Origin: Balanoglossus misakiensis
Lineage: Eukaryota > Animalia > Hemichordata
Assembly: GCA_040954595.2 (NCBI GenBank)
Contig: CM082591.2
Span: 8,236,047 to 8,300,046 of the forward strand
Length of the DNA stretch: 64,000 bases
Direction: 5' to 3'
In this document: piece after piece, positions 24,187-37,842 of the stretch
How positions within the stretch are numbered: the first letter of the stretch is position 1
How the letters are laid out: each line of letters begins with the position of its first letter
Program-made: the position numbers and the translations under genes
Notes under the pieces: generated by a model
What the model saw: only the letters and a program-made list of their open reading frames with translations
What the model was told of the DNA's origin: nothing
Databases searched by the model: none

Positions 24187-27100
24187 AAGTGTTAGTGTCA
24201 CATCTCAATGTATCAACTGTACAGTAAAACCTGTTCTAACCGGACACCAAAGTGATTGAGAATATTCTTCGCTTTGCAGAGTTGTCTGGTTTACAGAGGA
24301 TCTTTCAACATGTGGCATGGTTTTATGTGAAGGGCACTGGAAAGGATGTTCGGCATAGACAGGTTTCTAGATAAGACAGGGTTTGGTTTAGACAGATTTG
24401 ACTGTATTGCACCTAAATGTGGCTTTGATGTGAAGGTGATGGCTTAAAGGAACAAAGTCTCTCTCTCGCTGCCCTTCTTTCTTCATTCATTGTTTGATAC
24501 AAGACACCGTTTATGTTAATGTAGACACAAGAGTGAAAAATCTCACAAAAATGAATAATCGGCCTCTACCATTTATTCATTTTGGGCGAGTTTTACTCTC
24601 AAATCCTACAAACGGGATGGAAGTTGTGTGCGGTCGAACGTTGATTCACTATACATATCCACAGAGTCTTGTATCAAATATAATTAATAGAAAAAGGGCA
24701 GCGAGAGAGAGACTTTGTCCCTTTAACCTGAATGCAAATTGTCCAAATCTGTTAAAGGCCCACTTTCTGCAAGATTTTTTTTCCAGTATTTCTGTCTGTA
24801 TATGAACTAAAGTTTTTATCATACTAACCCTTTATGAATATACCATACTAAAATGGCCACAGTTTGTCCAAAGAGCCTGTACCGGTATATGTGCACAGAT
24901 TATTATTATTGTTGATAAAGGAATTGAATTCAATATTCAACAATAATAATGGTATTTGTACACATATAGGCTGAACATTTCATCAAATGCTGTAGGGATT
25001 TCAACAACAAACTGCAGTTGATACAAAAAACGACAAAACAAGAAGACACTTGCTGTCACAAAAAACTTGAGATGATGACTAATGTATTGCTCAACTTCCG
25101 ATTGCATCTGAAGTCACGCACATGAAACCAACTGTAGAATGACTTATGACGGCAAACTGGTTGCCTGAGGTTCCTATTCTTCTGCAGAGACCATGTGCAT
25201 ACAACACTCTCACAACTATAGTTGACATTTCTGTTGGAATAGACAGATTTCTCCCAAAAGAGACATCTCTTTGATTAAGAGAACAACCGGCCTCCATATT
25301 TGAAGGAGAAAAGTTTAACAAAATCGTGTACATGTAATCCCTAGTGGAAAGACTTACATGTATGACAACAAATTTGTAGGTTTCCAGAGATGACAAATCT
25401 TTCCAAAGGGGACAAGTATGCAAATCATACAGTATTCACATCAGCTGATATTATTTTATTGAAATATATAGACTTTGAACTTTCTGAGTATACCAGTAAC
25501 GTAACTAAAATTGCAAAATTTTAAAATAGTTTTGTGGTGTTTTTTCAAGTTTACGAGTTTCTTTAAAATAGATTTGTAATTCATGATGGGACTATGTCAC
25601 ACTCAACAGTGGCAGAAATCAAAGCAATTGACTGAAAAAGCACTTTTTATGGAGTTTTCATCAGTTTTGCATTTTTTTCTGTGACATATTGTCAACCTTT
25701 ACAATGTTCACAAGTAAAGCAAATTATGTCTTTTTTTCCAATAGCTATATTAACAGTTAACTGACTAACAATTCCACTGTTGCCAAGGTAACACTGATAA
25801 CATGTTGTTTATTGAGTATGTCATGACCTCCTTGTTACTGTACAATTTTTGTCAGTAAAACATCAGAGTGACGTTTCACCGACACAAATCTGACTACACC
25901 CAGTTGGGGTCAGACCAAAATTGGGACAGATAACAACAAACACTACAACAGATCAACAAAGAAACATCTGAACATTGACTTGTATCTGTCAGTTCTGGAC
26001 ATTTAATCTTCAGTTTTATTCAGTGCCACTATTAAAGTCTTTGATATTTTGATGTAAACGGACAATTTTTTCTTGATTTTTCATGTTTTTGTAGAGACAC
26101 AATGTATAAATCAACTATATGACATAACCAGCGCTTTTTAGATCACTACATTTATTGAACATTTCCACCAATTTTTTTTCGTGTTTTTAGGTTTTTCTTG
26201 ATCTTCAGTTATAATAGTGTCATGTTACTCTTCTGACTAAAGTTCAGAGAACTTCCTTAACCTTTTCACCCCCATTTCACAATATAAACGTCCAACATTG
26301 TAATTGTGAACAGTGGAGTTTTGACCAAACAATGGTGATGAAAGAGTTAAAATTGCCACTCAACCTCAGATTTCCTTAGAATTATACCACCTGACTTGTG
26401 AAATGTACCATTTTTAAAAGGACATTTAACTGTAACTTTGGGCTATTCTTTTAGTCTATGTGTTCTGTGTATCAAATGAAATCTTCTTCTTCTAGTCACT
26501 ACAGCATGCTAATATACCCAGTATTCAGCTCATCAACAAACCATCATCTTTGCTGTTGTTGACAAAGGAAATCTGGTGCAGACTTGAATTCCATTTGACA
26601 CAACAACAATATTGACTTCACACATATAGGCAGTGTTGATCAGCTAAATACTGGGCATTTCATCACCCATCACGGATTTCCAACAAGAAACTGAGGTACC
26701 AGTAGATGGTTTTCTACTCTCATGAACTTTTATTACTCAGATTTTCATGTTTTTTCAAAGACACGTATGTATAATTCAGCTATTTGACATAACCAGTGCT
26801 TTTTAGATCACCACATTTATTGAACATTTCCACCAATTTATTTTCGTGTGAATATGTTTTTAGGTTTTTCTTGATCTTCAGTTATAATAGTGTCATGTTA
26901 CTCTTTTTACTACAGTTCAGAGAACTTCCTTAACCCTTTCACCCCCATTTCACAATATAAAGGTCCAATACTACCATTAAGAACAGTGGAGTTTGACCAA
27001 ACCATGGAGATGAAAGGGTTAAAATTGCCACTCAACCTCAGATTTCCTTAGAATTATACCACCTGACGTGTGAAATGTACCATTTTTAAAAAGGACATTA

Positions 27101-27988
27101 ACTGTAACTTTGGGCTATTCTTTTAGTAAATGTGTTCTGTGTATCAAATGAAATTTTCTTCTTCTTCTACTCACTACAGCATGCTAATATACCCAGTATT
27201 CAGCTCATCAACAAACCATCATCTTTGCTGTTGTTGACAAAGGAAATCTGGTGCAGACTTGAATTCAATTTGATACAACAACAATATTGACTTCACACAC
27301 ATAGGTTGTGTTGATCAGCTAAATACTGGGCATTTCATCCCCCATCAGGGATTTCCAACAAGAAACTGAGGTACCGGTAGATACACAAAACAAAAATATT
27401 GATGACATAGCCCAAAGTTACAGTCAGTGGAGTTTTTGAGCAAAGGGTGGATTACATTGAACTTGTTGACTGTAAATCAGTGGTTTTCTACTCTCATGAA
27501 CTTTACTTAGATTTTCCTGTTTTCAACAACTTTTTTGAACTTTTACAAGAAACACAGATATAGCATGTTGTATTCACTTTATTCTTTCTTGACTTTGGTT
27601 TTGACGATATACTTAAAAATTAATTCCCAAATAATCTGGACAACAAATTTACAATTTATTGAGATATTTGGTTATTGATCGATATACATTTATAGATCAC
27701 ATATCCCAGACGACAAACATTACTGAGTTATTTGGTTGACTATATTTTGAACTACATGTACTGTATGGTAGTATAAATCACCAAGACATTTTGTTTCTGT
27801 CTGTGTGTCACATGAACATTGGACCACTTAACATTAGTTTACAGCTTTGAATGTTTTGTAACCAGTTTTGAATTCATTTAGATTTCTTGATGAAGGATTT
27901 ATTCTTAGGTCACAAGTGGTCTTGACATAAATTAATCAGTGGACCACAATTTTCTTGAAATCAGTCTGATTTTTTTTGAATAACCAAG

Positions 27989-28634
27989 ATTATTATACAC
28001 CTACTGCTGTAACCTATGGAGTTCCGTAATACAATAATTCGCGGTATCACCGTACAATAATTATTCAAATGAGGACGCGGAGTCCCATAACCCACAGGGT
28101 TATTGGGCGCATTGTGACTTTGACCTCACAGGACTGGTGATCAATGTAAACAATGATGATATTAACCCTACTCGACAAAAATTTATATAAAAAGTACACA
28201 GCCGTTATTAAACAAAATTATTGGTGGCCCAAGATGTGAAATAAAATCAAAATCCTCGATGAAATTTCAGTCGAAGGAATCTGAACGAATAGGCGAGCGC
28301 GTTCATTTCAAGCAGCGTAGAACGTCGCGCGCGAGACAGGCAGCTCGACACTAGCATCACCTGATGCGCGAGGTCAAGGCGCGTTCGATATGCAAATTAC
28401 ATCATGGCGGCGTCTGAAAACTAGAAAGTCCGATAGCGGCCTATTTATTCTTTATCGTTCATCAAAGACGTCCGGAAAAGGTGTATAATAATAAGGTTAT
28501 TCACAAAATACCGGGATTTATGTCCTCGTACATCGTACGCTTCGGTATTGTCCTCGACGCTGCGCGTCTCGGACAATACCTGCGCTGCACGATGTACTCG
28601 GACATAAATCCCGGTATTTTGTGAATAACCTTAT
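27989..28634. mobile_element. 646-bp insertion with asymmetric inverted repeats and a terminal 144-bp hairpin, no TSD (Helitron2/Crypton-like non-autonomous)
   Basis: attattatacacct (27989) pairs with aggtgtataataat (~28480). The hairpin at 28491-28634 has a 35-bp perfect outer stem. Absent from units 1 and 3. Confidence 0.8.
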
Positions 28635-30087
28635 AATACATGTACATTGAAATTACATTTAGTTTATGTAGACTAAAAGCTGAAACATTCTGTAATGTGC
28701 AAGATTATAATATGTGGTGAATAAACAGGTTTTCATAATTTCATTACGTTTCGTATGTTTATATTTTTATAAGAAACCCCAGTTAATACTTGAAAAAGAA
28801 AAGTCCCAAGTTGGAGTTACTAGAGAATTAACATTTTTGTGGTGTGACAGTGATTGTATTTTGCAATCACATGAGTCAATTGGATCTTCCGTCCAAAGGA
28901 CTAAAATTGAAATTCACTTGATGGGGTTGCAGATATAAGGGGAGAACCATTTGATTTCTGGAGGGGGGGGGGGGTGGACGATTTTAGAGGAAAAAAATGT
29001 TAGCAGACGGTGCAGAGAAAATAAAATTCTTCTGCAGTGCCATGAGAAAAAACTAGGACTGGCAACAGAAAAAAAATTGCTGTTAAAGAGTGGCTAAGAA
29101 AATGCTGACATCCCCAAATCATCCATGCCCCCCCCCCTTCAGAAATCAAACGGATCTCCCCTAAAAGTTAAGAAATGTAATCGGAGAGGGAAACCATACA
29201 TGTACTGGCATATGTTTTGACAACCGAAAATAAGAAACAGAAAATCACAAAATCTGGGTCAGAATAAAAAAACATTATAATAATATTTGTTCCACGAAGT
29301 GTAGACAGAATTGTCACAATACAATCAGACAATGACTCACACAGGAACCTGCAATATAGGCCAACACTCTTTGACATTTTGTCAAAGTTTTTAATCGTTA
29401 TCTAAGTGTAAAGAATTGTCCATTGTGTACTTCATAAACTTTTGACCTCAACTTGTGGGGTGGATAAAAGTCCAGCTTATTTACAACAGTGTACTTGCCA
29501 AGATAAGAAATGAATAGAAATTGCTGACTAACAATTTAACCAAAAATTGTTATCTCTAGAGTAAAGAATTTATATGGACATCAAATGAAACGAAACATGT
29601 GTGACGTTCATATCAGTCGATCATACTGAAGTCTAAAAGTAACTGTCCTTAAGGGAACAGATTTGGGTCGCTTCTGCACTTAACTGGTACCTGAATTTGG
29701 GCCGACTTGGATTTGAGGAGATTTGCTACCCTTTTGTGACCTTTAACCTTATTTAAATTGTAGATTTAAATAAGGGCTCGCTATTTTAACTGTTCATGAT
29801 TTTCTTGCGATTTTTTTATTCACAAGAAGGGAAAATATTTTAATCATGAGAGACATCTTAACTATTTATTGGATGAGCAGAGGGTACATGTACATTGGTG
29901 GTGGTGGAGAAATAATCAGGGCGTGGCACTTCATGTGAAGGATCAACTAGGCCAACATTGAACACCATGAATGCATCCACACACACGAAGTTAAGTCGGC
30001 CCAGGTTTTATGTCGGCCCTGGTCCTCCCTTCTTACTGCAGGGACCAAACTAAGTCGCCCTTGGGCCGACTTAGTGTGTCTACATGT

Positions 30088-33000
30088 ATATTGGTTTTTC
30101 TACATCGGCCCTTGCCCAGCTGACAGAAATGTTTTGTTCTAAAACAGTTGACAACATACTGTAAAACAGGAAATTTGTACTTTTCTAGTTTTTTTTTTTA
30201 CCTTTCATACCCGTTCTCTCTGTAGATGTCCAACTATATCTTACGAAACAATGGATTAGAAAAGAAAAATTAAAGAAACCACCCCTACACACCCTCAAAT
30301 GAAACTTTTAAGAAATTGCGAAGTTGTTTAGGGAAGAAGATTTTCCAACTAAAAATGAGCAAAATGACAAAAAATTAACCAAAGTAGCCATTTTCTGATA
30401 TCACCAAAAAATGAATAAAAAAATATATATATAAGATGGGTCTCAATAAAGTAAAAGTACACACCAATTTTCAATGCAATATGACTTGTAGTTCTTGAGT
30501 TACTGTGTTTTGACTAATTTCACATTTTTCCAGCTCATTTACATATTTTTGGCAAAGACAGCTTCATTTGAACAAAATCTAAAACCTGGCCTGCATCTAC
30601 ACACCAAATATCAAGGTGATACATGCAGCGGTTTTCAAGTGTTTGATGTGGATGGCCATACATACATCCATACATACAGATGCAAGTGATCTCATAAGGT
30701 CCCAATGGTCTATAAACATATATACCTAAAATATTTTAAAAATTGTCAAATGTGACTTTCAAATTTAATTTCTACCAGTACCACACAACACGATTATTCC
30801 GAGCTCAGTAGTTGTGATCTGATAAGTACATACCTGGTATTTCTAATGTCTATAAATTCCAACAAACCCTGATACACAACTAATAAAAAGACAACAATCT
30901 ATTTATAGGCGTTCCACAGAACTGTTGACAAGTTCCTGGTACAACCTAGTACCTGTCATTTTAATTACTCCAAGAGGGACACCATGTTTGACAAAGGATT
31001 TGAATTTCTACAATGTCTACAGCTCCTCACTGGGTATCAACATGTGACAAAAACAACATTGCTTTGAATTTCTTGTTTCCCATCACACAGTATACAAAGT
31101 TGCATTGTGGGTAAAAGAACAACCACTCACAGTTTATCAATGATTATCTGTATTTCAAATAAACAGCAGAAAAGTTCTGTCTTCTTGCCATACAAAATTC
31201 AAATTATTCATTTTTGTCTTCTTTTTAGCATAATTGACCCCAAAGATGTGTTTAGCATTACCATTTCATTTAGATTCATTTATAACTGAGGCTGTGAAAT
31301 TCTGGTAGACTGATTTTCAACCTTTATGATTTTTTAACCTTTACCCGATTGGACTAGGGGTCCTGATAACACCCACACAAATTTACCTGTAGTTTGGTGT
31401 CTATAAAGTCTGAAGCAGATTAAGTGTCAAGATGTTTATCAAGATGTGTTTAATTTACCTGTAATGAAGAACTGACTGAGGTCGTCAATCTTAGGTTTTT
31501 GGAATGTTTGTGGTCTATTACACTCATAAGGCGAGTAAAGCTTGTTCAATCGAGAATCTGTCACACACTCAGCAGTCCTCATTCAAAAAAAGATTAATTA
31601 CTTTCTGTCCAACCTACTTCAGTGACAGAAGCATGCAGACAATTTTAAAACATGGATTTCAAGAAAAGCAATGTACATGTTTGAGGATAAGTACCTAATT
31701 TGTGGGACATATTGTCAACCTTTACAATGTTTATAAGTAAAGCAAAGTATATATTTTTTGTCAAATTGCTACATTAACAGTTAACTGACTAACAATTCCA
31801 CTGTTGCCAAGGTAACACTGATAACATGTTGTTTATTGAGTATGTCATGACCTCCGTGTTACTGTACATTGGTTTTTCTACATCGGCTAATGCGCAGCTG
31901 ACAGAAATGCTTTGTTCTAAAACAGTTGACAACATACTGTAAAACAGGAAATTTGTACTTTTCTAGTTTTTTTTTACCTTTCATACCCGTTCTCTCTGTA
32001 GATGTCCAACTATATCTTACGAAACAATGGATTAGAAAAGAAAAATTAAAGAAACCACCCCTACACACCCTTAAATGAAACCTCTAAGAAATTGCGAAGT
32101 TGTTCAGGGAAGAAGATTTTCCTACTAAAAATGAGCAGAATGACAAAAAATTAACCAATAATAGCCATTTTCTGATATCACCAAAAAATGAAAAAAAAAA
32201 TATATATATAAGATGGGTCTCAATAAAGTAAAAGTACACACCAATTTTCAATGCAATATGACTTGTAGTTCTTGAGTTACTCTGTTTTGACTAATTTCAC
32301 ATTTTTCCAGCTCATTTACATATTTTTGGCAAGGACAAAACCTGGCCTGCATCTACACACCAAATATCAAGGTGATACATGCAGCGGTTTTCAAGTTTTT
32401 GATGTGGACGGCCATGCATACATCCATACATACAGATGCAAGTGATCTCATAAGGTCCCAATAGTCTATAAACTTATATACCTAAAATATTTTTTAAAAT
32501 GTCAAATGTGACTTTCAAATTTAATTTCTACCAGTACCACACAACACGATTATTCCAAGCTCATTACTAGTGATCTGATAAGTACACACCTGGTATTTCT
32601 AATGTCTATAAATTCCAACAAACCCTGATACACAACTAATAAAAAGACAACAATCTATTTATAGGCGTTCCACAGAACTGTTGACAAGTTCCTGGTACAA
32701 CCTAGTACCTGTCATTTTAATTACTCCAAGAGGGACACCATGTTTGACAAAGGATTTGAATTTCTACAATGTCTACAGCTCCTCACTGGGTATCAACATG
32801 TGACAAAAACAACATTGCTTTGAATTTCTTGTTTCCCATCACACAGTATACAAAGTTGCATTGTGGGTAAAAGAACAACCACTCACAGTTTATCAATGAT
32901 TATCTGTATTTCAAATAAACAGCAGAAAAGTTCTGTCTTCTTGCCATACAAAATTCAAATTATTCATTTTTGTCTTCTTTTTAGCATAATTGACCCCAAA

Positions 33001-35344
33001 GATGTGTTTAGCATTACCATTTCATTTAGATTCATTTATAACTGAGGCTGTGAAATTCTGGTAGACTGATTTTCAACCTTTATGATTTTTTAACCTTTAC
33101 CCGATTGGACTAGGGGTCCTGATAACACCCACACAAATTTACCTGTAGTTTGGTGTCTATAAAGTCTGAAGCAGATTAAGTGTCAAGATGTTTATCAAGA
33201 TGTGTTTAATTTACCTGTAATGAAGAACTGACTGAGGTCGTCAATCTTAGGTTTTTGGAATGTTTGTGGTCTATTACACTCATAAGGCGAGTAAAGCTTG
33301 TTCAATCGAGAATCTGTCACACACTCAGCAGTCCTCATTCAAAAAAAGATTAATTACTTTCTGTCCAACCTACTTCAGTGACAGAAGCATGCAGACAATT
33401 TTAAAACATGGATTTCAAGAAAAGCAATGTACATGTTTGAGGATAAGTACCTAATTTGTGGGACATATTGTCAACCTTTACAATGTTTATAAGTAAAGCA
33501 AAGTATATATTTTTTGTCAAATTGCTACATTAACAGTTAACTGACTAACAATTCCACTGTTGCCAAGGTAACACTGATAACATGTTGTTTATTGAGTATG
33601 TCATGACCTCCGTGTTACTGTACATTGGTTTTTCTACATCGGCTAATGCGCAGCTGACAGAAATGCTTTGTTCTAAAACAGTTGACAACATACTGTAAAA
33701 CAGGAAATTTGTACTTTTCTAGTTTTTTTTTACCTTTCATACCCGTTCTCTCTGTAGATGTCCAACTATATCTTACGAAACAATGGATTAGAAAAGAAAA
33801 ATTAAAGAAACCACCCCTACACACCCTTAAATGAAACCTCTAAGAAATTGCGAAGTTGTTCAGGGAAGAAGATTTTCCTACTAAAAATGAGCAGAATGAC
33901 AAAAAATTAACCAATAATAGCCATTTTCTGATATCACCAAAAAATGAAAAAAAAAATATATATATAAGATGGGTCTCAATAAAGTAAAAGTACACACCAA
34001 TTTTCAATGCAATATGACTTGTAGTTCTTGAGTTACTCTGTTTTGACTAATTTCACATTTTTCCAGCTCATTTACATATTTTTGGCAAGGACAAAACCTG
34101 GCCTGCATCTACACACCAAATATCAAGGTGATACATGCAGCGGTTTTCAAGTTTTTGATGTGGACGGCCATGCATACATCCATACATACAGATGCAAGTG
34201 ATCTCATAAGGTCCCAATAGTCTATAAACTTATATACCTAAAATATTTTAAAAATTGTCAAATGTGACTTTCAAATTTAATTACCACAACACGATTATTC
34301 CGAGCTCAGTAGTTGTGATCTGATAAGTACACACCTGGTATTTCTGATATCTATAAATTCCAACGAACACTTATACACAACTAATAAAACGACAACAATC
34401 TATTTATAGGCGTTCCATAGAACTGTTGACAAGTTTCTGGTACAACCTAGTACCTGTCATTTTAATTACTCCAAGAGGGACACCATGTTTGACAAAGGAT
34501 TCGAATTTCTACAATGTCTACAGATCCTCACTGGGCATCAACATGTGACAAAAACAACATTGCTTTGAATTTCTTGCTTCACATCACACAGTATACAAAG
34601 TTGCATTGTGGGTAAAAGAGTAACCACTCACAGTTTATCAATGATTATCTGTATTTCAAATAAACAGCAGAAAAGTTCTGTCTTCTTGCCATACAAAATT
34701 CAAATCACTCATTTTTCTCTTTTTTTAGTATAATTGACCCCAAAGATGTGTTTAGCATTACCATTTCATTTTAGAGTTATTTATAACTGAGCCTGTGAAA
34801 TTCTGGTTTATTTTTTAACTTTTACCCGATTAGACTAGAGGTCCTGATAACACACACACAAATTTACCTGTAGTTTGGTGTCTATAAAGTCTGAAGCAGA
34901 ATGTTTCAAGATGTTTAATTTACCTGTAATGAAGAACTGACTGAGGTCGTCAATCTTAGGTTTTTGGAATGTTTGTGGTCTATTACACTCATAAGGCGAG
35001 TAAAGCTTGTTCAATCGATAATCTGTCACACACTCAGCAGTCCTCGTTAAAAAAAGATTAATTACTTTCTGTCCAACCTACTTCAGTGACAGAAGCATAC
35101 AGACAATTTTAAAACATGGATTTCAAGAAAAAAATTCTGATGACATCCTTTGTACATGTTTGAGGATAAGTACCTAATTTGTGGGATATATATTGTCAAC
35201 CTTTACAATGTTCATAAGTAAAGCAAAGTATATATTTTGTCAAATTGCTACATTAACAGTTAACTGACTAACAATTCCACTGTTGCCAAGGTAACACTGA
35301 TAACATGTTGTTTATTGAGTATGTCATGACCTCCTTGTTATTGT
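30088..35344 (+). repeat. ~1.76-kb tandem repeat x3 (unit 2)
   Basis: Monomers at 30088, 31866 and 33622. Identical ORF-track peptides recur at an offset of 1756. Confidence 0.93.
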
Positions 35345-35422
35345 ACAATTTTTGTCAGTAAAACATCACAGTGACTTTTCACCGACACAAATCTGACTAC
35401 ACCCAGTTGGGGTCAGACCAAT

Positions 35423-37623
35423 CAGTCTGCACGATAGCCCCAACTTCCTGTTCCTATGAATGCCAGGTAATATGCGCAACAAATGCGTTATCCATGCGCG
35501 TAATTGAAAGAAAACAAAAGCCAGCGATATTTGCCGAATTTAAGTTACGGTTTTCTCGTAAACTAGAGAATGACTTTACTATTATGAGGATGGGAGGTGT
35601 CGACTGCATGTCTGACGAACGTTGTACAATAATTTGTCGCTAAATATACATTTTTCAAAACATATTTTTTCACTCTCAATTAAGGTTGCTAAAATTCCTT
35701 AATTTGAAGCATACTCGACTTTCAACATTTGTACTTTTTGGTCTAAAGACGGGATTGCCAATTTATGTGGATTAAACGTGCCTCAGTATGTAAATAAACG
35801 AAAATCAGGTCAACTGGGTTCACTGAGCGCGCTTGCTGTCGGCAGAAATGTAGCCAATTTACGTTAGTCGATATTGGGCAAAATCCGAATATTTTGTCAA
35901 TTTTAGGGCAAAATCTTGGTCTTGGCGTCAACTCTGTGCAAAAAAAGGCTGCAACTATCGTGTTCGGGAAGTCATGGACTGTCCAGTAAGCGGGTCCTAT
36001 GATGCTGCACGTTCCGTAGAAGTCCTCACCGCATGACCAAATAGAGAGTGCATTTTCCGGGGGATTTACAGGCCTCTATGTTGTACTTTTTGGTCCAAAA
36101 ATCATATCGGCAATCTTGTATGAAAAATATGCCCTTCTGATATTAGCTTTCATTCCAAAATAGTCAAATGTGCAGTCAAATGGTAAGATGTGCCCGTAGT
36201 ATAATATAAATATGAGGAAAACGATAGAAAATGCTATTATTTTCGAGTCCATTTTGTTCGAACGTATGACCATTAGGAGAGTGCAAACCCCTACACCGAC
36301 ACATGGTTTACTCCAGGAATCTTTCAGCTTCAAAATGCAACTCTCGGTTTGCCGCCTACCCAGATTTTGTTTTGAAACGCGTGAGTTTGAAGACATGCAT
36401 AGAAAACCATTGATTGACACACGCCGGATTTCGGTCATGTGAGCATTTAGCGCCGCATTGTCCAATCCAGTTTTATTTTCTTGAATGCAGAATGTCATTT
36501 GTCACTCCCCATAAAGTTTTGCGTTGGCAGATATGCCCCAATATGGTAAAAAATGGGCGTAAATGTCAAGTCTGGTGACACAGCGGGAAATTCTCACGTG
36601 TGCAGATCAACTCAATAATATTCATGTTATGTGATACCACAGAGCTGCGTCTATTGGTTGAAAGTGGCAGGTCATGCATAATGAGCGTCTGTGTACGGCA
36701 GATCATTTGCTCATTCATGTGAGGCAGACTAATACAGAAGTATCTCGTCGGTGTTCTTAGCTAATTGTACTTTAGTTCGGGTTGAATTTAGAGGTAAACG
36801 TATGGCAATGCATGTTTTTTAATCACAGATCAGTCATAACTCTGCTTGTTTGGGCCATGTTTTTCATCTGAGCCTCCAGAACCGGGTCCACAGCCGCTGT
36901 TGTATACGATCGATCGACAAGTGCGCGCGGTTACAAAGTAGGCATTTTTTGTCTAGGCTAGCGTTTTTTTCTCTCCATTCGTTTTTCTTCATTGGAGAGT
37001 TAATTAGTTTCAATAGATGATAATTCGCTTGGTGTCATATCTATGGTGTTCCATGTAAACCATTTAGGATAAAAATTACATGTTTTAAAAAGTCAGTATG
37101 TATGAATGCATTGAGTGGTTATTTGAGGAACCTATTCAAATCTGGTTCACAGTCATTTCTTTCATTTCATGGCAAGACCACGCCAAATAGAAGAACAAAA
37201 AATGAGAAAAAGTTTCAGATGTTCCAAGTATCACAGAAAGTGGGTCAGTGCGAGGACTTGAAATTGTCACACTTCGTGCCGCGTACTTTGTGTTGACATG
37301 AATTTGGCGGAAGTGTAAACCAATTGTGTGGAGGGTAGGCAAAATTAAGCGCATGGGTTGATATGCGTACAGAGGTTGTCAGCATTCGCAAATCATTGCG
37401 AAAATAATTAGTTTGCACATACAGTTTACAAATAATATCAATTTATGATAGAAACTGTTTACGCAATGTAAAAAAAATAATTGATCTTGACGCGTGAAAA
37501 TTGTAGGCTACCCATCTAAAAAATGGTTTGACGGACGATGACGAACATGCCAATAACTCGATAACAGCCAATCAAATCACTGGTACCAGACACGCCCTAA
37601 TCGAGGGGTTATCGTGCAGACTA
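35423..37623. mobile_element. Second copy of the junction TIR element
   Basis: cagtctgcacgatagcccc ... ggggttatcgtgcagacta; colinear with 19780-22002. Confidence 0.75.
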
Positions 37624-37842
37624 GCTGCTGGTCAAAGCTTACATTCATTCTCTTCTCAGTGATTCATTGTGTTCAAGTTTGACCTTTTGACCTCAACTAT
37701 CAGGTGTTCAGGTGATCCTGGTACTTGCCGTGTCACTGAATTAAATTGATCATGTGACTGAGGTACCTTGCCAAGTTTTTACACTATAGTGAACAGTGTG
37801 TTGCTATATGTGATTACAAGCATTTCGACTCAAGCTTCAAAT

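Larger units (their letters stand above)
22003..37623 (+). repeat. TRIM segmental duplication unit 2 (~15.6 kb)
   Basis: Same order of segments, with an extra ~660-bp duplication and a 646-bp insertion. Confidence 0.9.

Noticed and set aside
14374-33824. Recurrent identical short ORFs (MSYCVLTNF..., MGKRTTTHS..., ...RCRKTNVQ)
   Set aside because: By-products of the 1.77-kb repeat; they are disrupted in some monomers and have no recognisable domains.
36076-36498. 140-aa ORF (and 21506-21841) inside the junction TIR element as a transposase
   Set aside because: The frame is broken in the sister copies and no transposase motif is recognisable.
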